From the NCBI GenBank assembly GCA_965200315.1, contig OZ241362.1:512001-576000 (forward strand): DNA of 64,000 nt. Direction: 5' to 3'. The stretch comes from Candidatus Latescibacterota bacterium. GTDB taxonomy: Bacteria > Latescibacterota > UBA2968 > UBA8231. Position 1 is the first letter of the stretch. The number at the start of each line of letters is the position of its first letter. Both the position numbers and the translations under genes were made by a program. Positions 57,981 to 64,000 of this stretch are shown here, piece after piece. The notes below the pieces were generated by a model, which saw only the letters and a program-made list of their open reading frames with translations, had not been told where the DNA came from and ran no database searches.

Positions 57981-58282
57981 TCCTCCGCCTCAGGTCGCCA
58001 GCCAAACCGTTTCAGGTCGATGCGTTGCGCTGTAAAAATGACGCCCTCCCTGGCCAAAAGCTCGTATTGCATCAGATGACTGCTGCCGCTGCGCGGCGAG
58101 ACCTTGCCTTGGGCGTTGATGATGCGGTGCCAAGGCAGGTCCGACTCCCCGGGCATCCCCGCCAAGACGAACCCAACCTGCCGCGCACGCCCCGGGTAAC
58201 CGGCCAAGGTGGCGATCTGCCCATAGGTGGCAACCTTGCCGTAGGGCACACAGGCGATGGTCTCGTAGAACGCCCGGCGCAT
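57977..58282 (-). CDS. Alkyltransferase-like protein (ATL, MGMT family)
   Basis: VPYGKVATYGQIA, ARQVG, PWHR (Trp in place of the catalytic Cys). Confidence 0.9.
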   Translation of the reverse strand: MRRAFYETIACVPYGKVATYGQIATLAGYPGRARQVGFVLAGMPGESDLPWHRIINAQGKVSPRSGSSHLMQYELLAREGVIFTAQRIDLKRFGWRPEAED

Positions 58283-58289
58283 CGGGCTT

Positions 58290-58514
58290 TCAGCAGTTGG
58301 GAGCTGCGGCCTCATCGCGCCCTTCCAAAAAGCCGAGGGCCTTGATATAGCTGCGCTTATCTAAGTAGTGGCGCAACATCGGCGGAGTTTCGTTGCCCAA
58401 CTCTTGGCCAAGTTCGTCAAGCCGCCGCAGATGCGTGGTAATTGACTCGCTTTCACCGTTGTCGATAGCCGCCATCAGGGCTTGCAGGGTGGTATGCAAC
58501 TGGTCCAGTGCCAT
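58290..58514 (-). CDS. Hypothetical 74-aa protein
   Basis: Fills the operon gap; helical, LRHYLDKRSY.KAL. Confidence 0.7.
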   Translation of the reverse strand: MALDQLHTTLQALMAAIDNGESESITTHLRRLDELGQELGNETPPMLRHYLDKRSYIKALGFLEGRDEAAAPNC

Positions 58515-58517
58515 AGC

Positions 58518-59237
58518 TCAAGCCGCCATGATGAGGTACGCAAGCCACTCGGCGTGCGGGTTGCGAATCGCGTAGCGCGTACCCGGTGGCAGGTGGATCA
58601 TATCCCCTTCCCGAATCTCCTGCAGGTCGCCATCGGCTTCCAAGACGCCGCTGTTTTCGAGCACGTAATAGACCTGCTCTAGCGCTTCGCTGCGCTCGAC
58701 CGTTTGTCCACGCGGCTGTACGGCCTCGCGGTCGATGCAGCGCAACCCCTGTGTAAAGCCCACGCCTTCCTCTCCGACTGGGCCTAGCTGGTGCCAACGC
58801 ACCGCGCCCGCACCGTCGCCCATTGCCGGCACATCGCGCCAGTTGCGGATGGCAAAGTCGCCGCCATTAGCCGCGATTCTTTGGCTGATCACGTGGTGTT
58901 CGAGCCAGTCCTCGCTGGTGTCGTTAAACATCTGGTGGTGGATGCCCGATGGCAGGTATACTGCATCGCCCTCCTGCACGGGGAAGCGCTCTTGGTCAAA
59001 GAGCACGTGGCCGCGGCCCGAGAGTATGTAGTACACCTGTTCGAGGTTTTCGTGTTTGTGATAATCCGAATTCTTGCGGCCCTGTAGCGCGTGGCGGGCA
59101 AAGCCCTGCAGGTGCTCTAGGCGATGGCGCGGATCGGGGGCGTCGTCGCCCTCGCGGTCGCGCAACCCGCCCCAATGAACCACGCTCAGGTGGGCTATGT
59201 TGGGTTGGACGTCGCGCCAATTGATGATATACACCAT
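58518..59237 (-). CDS. Bicupin domain protein
   Basis: Internal duplication: LEQVYY...EGD...LP twice; HKH in the first cupin. Confidence 0.85.
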   Translation of the reverse strand: MVYIINWRDVQPNIAHLSVVHWGGLRDREGDDAPDPRHRLEHLQGFARHALQGRKNSDYHKHENLEQVYYILSGRGHVLFDQERFPVQEGDAVYLPSGIHHQMFNDTSEDWLEHHVISQRIAANGGDFAIRNWRDVPAMGDGAGAVRWHQLGPVGEEGVGFTQGLRCIDREAVQPRGQTVERSEALEQVYYVLENSGVLEADGDLQEIREGDMIHLPPGTRYAIRNPHAEWLAYLIMAA

Positions 59238-59250
59238 GTTTTCCTCCTAT

Positions 59251-60042
59251 TTACAAAGCGACGATCTGGCGCATGCGCGCACCGAGATCGATGAGTTCCT
59301 CGCGGCTGCCGCCCACTTCGTGGATCAGCGTGGAATCGTACCCTGCTGCCCTTAACTCGGCCATGACCGCCGGCCAGTCTGTATCTCCTTCGAGCAAGTT
59401 GACGAAGCGGTGCTCGCCGCGGCGGAAATCCTTGAAATGCACCTTCTTAATGCGCGGCCCCAACTCGCGGATCCAGTGCTCTGGATAGCCGTAGGCCATC
59501 ATGTTGGCCGTGTCGAGGTAAATCCCCACCCACTCGCTGCCGATTTCATCGACAAAAAGCCGGGCTTCGCGCGGGCTGAGCAGGAACTTGTTCCAGACGT
59601 TTTCCAAACCAATGGCCGCCCCCATTTCCTCGGCCAAGGAAGCCGTGTCGCGCAGCGCATCCCGCAACCCATCCCAAGCCTGCTGATAGGTGCCTTCGAC
59701 CTCTAGCTGCCCTGGGTGCAACAGCACCCCATCGACCGACAGCACGCCGGCGATCACGAGCGAGCGCCGCAAGCACTTGAGGCACCGATCGCGCTCACCG
59801 GCATCGCGGCTGAGCAGGTTGCCGCGCTCTTGATACCAGACGATGACGCTGCCGATTTCAACACCAGCGTCCTCGCACTGCCGCCCGACCTGGGCGATTT
59901 CGTCGGCACTCATCTGCGGATCCAAGTCCTTGCCCTCAGCAAAGACCAACTCCACAGCCTGATAGCCCGCGTCCGCGCACAGCCGCAGCGTGTCTGCCAG
60001 CGACATGTTCCCCAAAATGATCTGCGTGATTCCTATTTTCAT
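59251..60042 (-). CDS. Sugar phosphate isomerase/epimerase (hexulose-6-P isomerase-like)
   Basis: GLENVWNKFLLSP, YLDTAN, VHFKDF, LLEGDTDW. Confidence 0.9.
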   Translation of the reverse strand: MKIGITQIILGNMSLADTLRLCADAGYQAVELVFAEGKDLDPQMSADEIAQVGRQCEDAGVEIGSVIVWYQERGNLLSRDAGERDRCLKCLRRSLVIAGVLSVDGVLLHPGQLEVEGTYQQAWDGLRDALRDTASLAEEMGAAIGLENVWNKFLLSPREARLFVDEIGSEWVGIYLDTANMMAYGYPEHWIRELGPRIKKVHFKDFRRGEHRFVNLLEGDTDWPAVMAELRAAGYDSTLIHEVGGSREELIDLGARMRQIVAL

Positions 60043-60149
60043 TAATAGTCCCTCCTTTTGGACAGGGCGAGTCTTTCGCCACTCGTTTGAATCCCGAATG
60101 CAAAATCGCTACGTTTGTCCCCCTAACTTCAACTGCATAGGAGGCCATC

Positions 60150-61040
60150 ATGGCAGAAAAAATCGGCTTTGTCGGCGTGGGGCGCATGGGTTCCAACATG
60201 GCCCGCAACCTCGCCGATAAAGGCTTCACCATCTCGGCGGTATTCGACGCGCATGCTGCTGCCGCCCAAGAACTAGCCGAAGAGCTCGGCTGCGCCGCCC
60301 CCCAAACGCTGGCCGAAGTTACGGCCCTCGCCGATGTGGTCATCACCGTGGTGACCGACGACGCGGCCATGCGCTCCATCTTCGCCCCCTCCGGCGATTC
60401 CCTGCTCGCCGACGCCAAAGGCACGACCTTTATCAACTGCGCCACCATCTCGCCGGCCGTCCACGTCGAGGTCGAAGAGCGCGCCGCTGCCGTCGGTGCG
60501 TCCTCGCTCGAAGGCTGCATGGCCTCTAGCATCACCCAAGCCCGCGAGGGTACCCTGTACCTGATGTGCGGCGGCCAGCGCAGCGTCTTCAACCGCGTCC
60601 GGCCCATCCTCGACGCCCTGAGCGTCGATCTGCGCTACATCGGCTCGGCCGGCCAAGCGGCCCAAGTCAAGGCCCTCGTCAACATGGTCATGAACATCAA
60701 CACCGCCGGCTTAGCCGAAGGGTTGGGCCTAGGCCAAGCCCTCGGGCTGGACCTGAAGATGCTAATGAAGGTCTTCTCCCAGACCGGCGCTAATTCACGC
60801 GTCTTAGAGACCGACGGCGAGGACATGACCATCCGCGACCACGAGTGCTATTTTTCCGCGGACCACGCGGCGAAGGACTCCGGTATCGCCCTCGCACTAG
60901 CCCGCCAAAACAAGCTCAGTCTGCCGCTGGCGCAGGCGACCAAGCGCCAGTACGACAAAATGAAAAAACTGGGCCTTGGCGACCTCGACAAATCGGGCAT
61001 TGCCGAGCTGACCTTTCCCGGTCGCAAAGGCACCAAGTAG
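60150..61040 (+). CDS. 3-hydroxyisobutyrate dehydrogenase-family NAD(P)-dependent oxidoreductase
   Basis: IGFVGVGRMGSNMARNL, GTLYLMCGG, QVKALVN. Confidence 0.9.
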   Translation: MAEKIGFVGVGRMGSNMARNLADKGFTISAVFDAHAAAAQELAEELGCAAPQTLAEVTALADVVITVVTDDAAMRSIFAPSGDSLLADAKGTTFINCATISPAVHVEVEERAAAVGASSLEGCMASSITQAREGTLYLMCGGQRSVFNRVRPILDALSVDLRYIGSAGQAAQVKALVNMVMNINTAGLAEGLGLGQALGLDLKMLMKVFSQTGANSRVLETDGEDMTIRDHECYFSADHAAKDSGIALALARQNKLSLPLAQATKRQYDKMKKLGLGDLDKSGIAELTFPGRKGTK

Positions 61041-61053
61041 TAGCCGTTTTCCG

Positions 61054-61086
61054 AGGGGCAGGTCGCCGCAGGCCTGCCCCTTTCTT
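61054..61086. terminator. Hairpin terminator between convergent genes
   Basis: AGGGGCAGG...CCTGCCCCTTT. Confidence 0.65.
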
Positions 61087-61088
61087 AG

Positions 61089-62096
61089 CTAGATCCGCCC
61101 GTGCCGGATGTCCACCATCCGCTGCGTCAGTTCAAACCGCAGTTCTTTTCCACGAAAAAACCGCACGAACTCATCGACCATTATTGAGAAATAGCGGCCA
61201 AACGTCTCGGGCGCATACCAAGCTACATGCGGGCTGACAAAAGCGTGAGGCAGGTGGCGCAAGCGGCTGTCTTTGGGCAGCGGCTCTGGGTCGAAGACAT
61301 CGAGACCAGCGATTAGCTCGCCCCGGATGAGCCGCTGCGTCAGTTCCTCGTAATCCACCACCGGCCCGCGACAGCAATTGATCAGGATGCGGCCGCGACC
61401 CAACAAATCGAACTCCCTTGCCCCGATCATTTTTTCGGTTTTGGGCGTGTGTGGGACTTGGACGACGAGGATATCCGCGTGTTGCAACACCTCGTCGAGC
61501 GAACCGCGCACAATGCCCAACTCAGCGGCCACTTCCTCGGACAAATACGGGTCCGCGACGCGCAAATCCACTCGAAAGGGGCTTAATAATTCGACCAATC
61601 GCTGCCCCACGTGCCCGCAGCCGACCAACCCGACCTTCTTGCCGGTCAATTCGCCGTGGACAAAATCGTCGTTGCCCGCCCGCGCCCACTGCTCCTCGCC
61701 CGCCATCATCTGCCGATAGATCCCGGCCCCATTGCGCAAGCACAACAGCATCAGGGCCAAGTCCCACTCGGCCACCGGCGCGGCCGAGGCAATGTTGTCG
61801 GTATCCACGGCCCGTACGCCGCACTCCTGAGCAGCCGCCAAGTCGATGCCCGTGCCAAAGCGATCCCCGCTGACGCCGGCGATCCGCAAGTCAAGGGCTC
61901 CCTCAAACACAGCTCGCGTCAGCTCGGGTAGCCGACCTCCGAGGCGGATCACGCCTTCACAGCCAGCCAACACCTCGATAAAAGCCGGCTCGGACAGGCA
62001 CTCTTTCGGCTCGATGACCTCGACCACTTGCCCTAGCCGATCCAAATCCTCTGTTTGCGCATAGCCATGTGGATCCACCAACACTTTAGGTTTCAC
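61089..62096 (-). CDS. D-isomer-specific 2-hydroxyacid dehydrogenase
   Basis: GLVGCGHVG, INCCRG, LDVFDPEP, SPHVA. Confidence 0.92.
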   Translation of the reverse strand: MKPKVLVDPHGYAQTEDLDRLGQVVEVIEPKECLSEPAFIEVLAGCEGVIRLGGRLPELTRAVFEGALDLRIAGVSGDRFGTGIDLAAAQECGVRAVDTDNIASAAPVAEWDLALMLLCLRNGAGIYRQMMAGEEQWARAGNDDFVHGELTGKKVGLVGCGHVGQRLVELLSPFRVDLRVADPYLSEEVAAELGIVRGSLDEVLQHADILVVQVPHTPKTEKMIGAREFDLLGRGRILINCCRGPVVDYEELTQRLIRGELIAGLDVFDPEPLPKDSRLRHLPHAFVSPHVAWYAPETFGRYFSIMVDEFVRFFRGKELRFELTQRMVDIRHGRI

Positions 62097-62105
62097 ATCC
62101 TAGCT

Positions 62106-62193
62106 CCTCATCTCGACCGCGTGGCGAGCCATTTCTGCGTCTATCTGCGCCCATCTGCGGATCACCCTCATTCCGCCCGCGTGGCGAGCCATT
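62106..62193. repeat. 28-bp imperfect direct repeat (60-bp spacing) flanking three 10-bp-period (A)TCTGCG units
   Basis: CCGCGTGGCGAGCCATT exact at 62117 and 62177; ttctgcg/atctgcg/atctgcg between them. Confidence 0.75.
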
Positions 62194-63181
62194 CGACTGC
62201 GGCTTGCCGCCGCGCCTGCGGCGTCTCTGCGCCTGCTGGCAAGCGGTGCAATTCCCAAGCAATCTCGTGCGTCAAGGTCTCGCCCACCTGCAAATAGACC
62301 CAAGGACTTAACAACTCCAATTCGGTGTACTCCGGACAGGTATAGACCTCGGCAGAAAGGCCCCCGTCCGGGTAGTGCTGAGTCCCATCGCGGCGAAAGA
62401 ACTCGGCCATGACCACGTCACCGACAATGCCAGCCAGCCAGCGGTCCGAGTCGGCCCCGGTCTTTTGCGCTTCCTCCGGGTCGGGCACAAAAATGCCAAT
62501 GTCGCCCTCGATGGTGAAGTTGCGCATGGCCGCGCCCTCGGCAAAGCCAAAGGGATGGTAGCTCAGATCGAAGTGACTGTGCGGATTGAGCGGATAGAGG
62601 GTCTGCTCGGGCGGCTGGATTTGGGTGACGTTCCAAATGGTGTAGCGCAACGGCTCGACTTTGGCGTCGGCCAGCTTTTCGATCCGCTGGTCAATTTCCA
62701 CGCGCGTACCCTGCTCTGCGAGGCGAATCTCGCGCACGCTACGCGCCCCATTGTACTCGCTCACCGGGCTGGTGATCACCAGCCCCTCGGGCAGCAACTC
62801 AACCTCGTGTACTGCGCCGTCGAAAGCGTGGTCGGGCGGCCAAGCGTGGCCGTTGATTTTGACAAACTCGCTCTGCTGATTGGGCCAGACCTTGTCGCCG
62901 CCGAAATTAGTCCACTCGTACTGGCCTTTCTCATTGACATTGGGCTGGCCGTCGGGCAACACCTGACCGTGAAGTTCGGGATCGGACCAGAGGATGTTCT
63001 CGCCGCCCGCAAACCCGTAGTGCATAATGCGACCAATGGCCGGCACCACGACTAGGCGCCCATCGGGATTGGCAATTTCAATCGCGTTTGCCCAGCCTTT
63101 GTACTCGATTTCCTCGACTGTAACTTGGGCCATCGCGGGCGCGGCCAGCGCAGCCAAAATAATTCCCTGCAATAATTTCAT
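62168..63181 (-). CDS. Exported DUF4380-like / galactose mutarotase-like protein
   Basis: Signal peptide AMA|Q; VVPAIGRIMHYG, NFGGDKVWP, YPDGG..EVY, YTELELLSP. Confidence 0.7.
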   Translation of the reverse strand: MKLLQGIILAALAAPAMAQVTVEEIEYKGWANAIEIANPDGRLVVVPAIGRIMHYGFAGGENILWSDPELHGQVLPDGQPNVNEKGQYEWTNFGGDKVWPNQQSEFVKINGHAWPPDHAFDGAVHEVELLPEGLVITSPVSEYNGARSVREIRLAEQGTRVEIDQRIEKLADAKVEPLRYTIWNVTQIQPPEQTLYPLNPHSHFDLSYHPFGFAEGAAMRNFTIEGDIGIFVPDPEEAQKTGADSDRWLAGIVGDVVMAEFFRRDGTQHYPDGGLSAEVYTCPEYTELELLSPWVYLQVGETLTHEIAWELHRLPAGAETPQARRQAAVEWLATRAE

Positions 63182-63192
63182 CGTATGCTTCC

Positions 63193-64000
63193 TCATCTGA
63201 GTGCCGAAACCCCGCCGCCTTTGAGCGCACGGGCGACTTCCTTTTCGACATCGTCTCGCGTGACCATGGTAGTATCGCCGATGCACTCCTGCACCAAGAT
63301 GCCGTGGGCGGCTCCCCACTGCACTGCGTCGGCGGCTCCCCGGCCGTCGAGCAGCGCGGCGATCACGCCCGAGGCAAAGGAATCGCCGCCGCCAGTGCGA
63401 TCGGCGATTTCGATGTTTTCGCGCACGGCCGCCTCGTAGATTTCGCCCTCCTCGACGTCGAAGAGCACCGCGCCCCAGTTGATGCGATCCGCGGTCAGCG
63501 CACCGCGCAACTGCGTACCGATGTACTTGAGGTTCGGATAGTCATTGGCGACTTGGTGTAGCATCTTGGTGTAGATCGCCAACCACTGATCAAAGCTGGC
63601 ATCTTTGGCCACCTTTTCGGTTTCGTAGCCCAGCGCATCGTCAAAGTCGTCTTGGTTGCCGACGAGGAACTCGACATGCGGCACAATAGAGCGATTGATC
63701 TGACGGGCGCGCTCCTTGTCCGGCTCGACCTTGGAGCGGTAGTTGAGATCAAAGGATCGGCCTGCGCCGTGCTCGCCGGCTTTCTGCATGGCCTCTAGCG
63801 CTAAGGCGGCCGTCTTCTGCGAGAGCAAGGTGTAAATCCCGCCGGTGCTAAACCACCGCGTCCCCAACGCGCCGAAGAGATGGTCCCAGTCCACATCGCC
63901 AGGCCCGATTTCGCGCACTGGGGTATGGGCGCGATAGTACTCGGTCACCGAAGGCAAGAGCCCCTTGCCGGCCCAAGTGAAGTTGATCCCGTTGTGCAAA
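63193..64000 (-). CDS. PfkB family sugar kinase (KdgK-like), 5' end outside window
   Basis: SFDLNYR, VGNQDD, DRTGGGDSFASG. Confidence 0.9.
   Translation of the reverse strand, partial: LHNGINFTWAGKGLLPSVTEYYRAHTPVREIGPGDVDWDHLFGALGTRWFSTGGIYTLLSQKTAALALEAMQKAGEHGAGRSFDLNYRSKVEPDKERARQINRSIVPHVEFLVGNQDDFDDALGYETEKVAKDASFDQWLAIYTKMLHQVANDYPNLKYIGTQLRGALTADRINWGAVLFDVEEGEIYEAAVRENIEIADRTGGGDSFASGVIAALLDGRGAADAVQWGAAHGILVQECIGDTTMVTRDDVEKEVARALKGGGVSALR

Overview
GC-rich (~60% by eye) bacterial chromosomal window. Gene content suggests an FCB-group/Latescibacterota-like organism, possibly sponge-associated (inference): a short RpoD-type sigma, many Gfo/Idh/MocA, PhyH, enolase-superfamily and sugar-isomerase paralogs, a CRTAC1/ASPIC protein and an Ig-repeat autotransporter. 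1-8.4 kb is a co-oriented catabolic operon interleaved with defence modules. These are a P-loop NTPase missed by the ORF track that looks like a MAD6/DndF-type protein with its nuclease/kinase domains deleted, an MNT with a frameshifted HEPN partner, and a C5-methyltransferase + GIY-YIG nuclease pair behind a 153-bp MITE; a pseudogenised dehydratase lies among them. 14-18 kb holds five uncharacterised envelope genes, including a divergent ExbB/ExbD-like motor with an unknown partner. The housekeeping core comprises argG, mdh, a sigma-70 factor, tRNA-Tyr, hemW, lepA, rpsT, aspS, and phoH-7TM-HD-ybeY-corC-lnt split by tRNA-fMet. Between lepA and rpsT lie a sulfotransferase, a ~2.2k-aa autotransporter with three near-identical 855-bp repeats and a Trp-containing leader ORF, and an HNH nuclease. 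A cysM-JAMM-MoaD-cysK sulfur-carrier operon follows, and a second catabolic cluster fills 53-64 kb. CCWGG looks depleted and its deamination products enriched. No CRISPR array, rRNA, integrase or full transposase was seen. All family calls are from motif recognition, not database searches.
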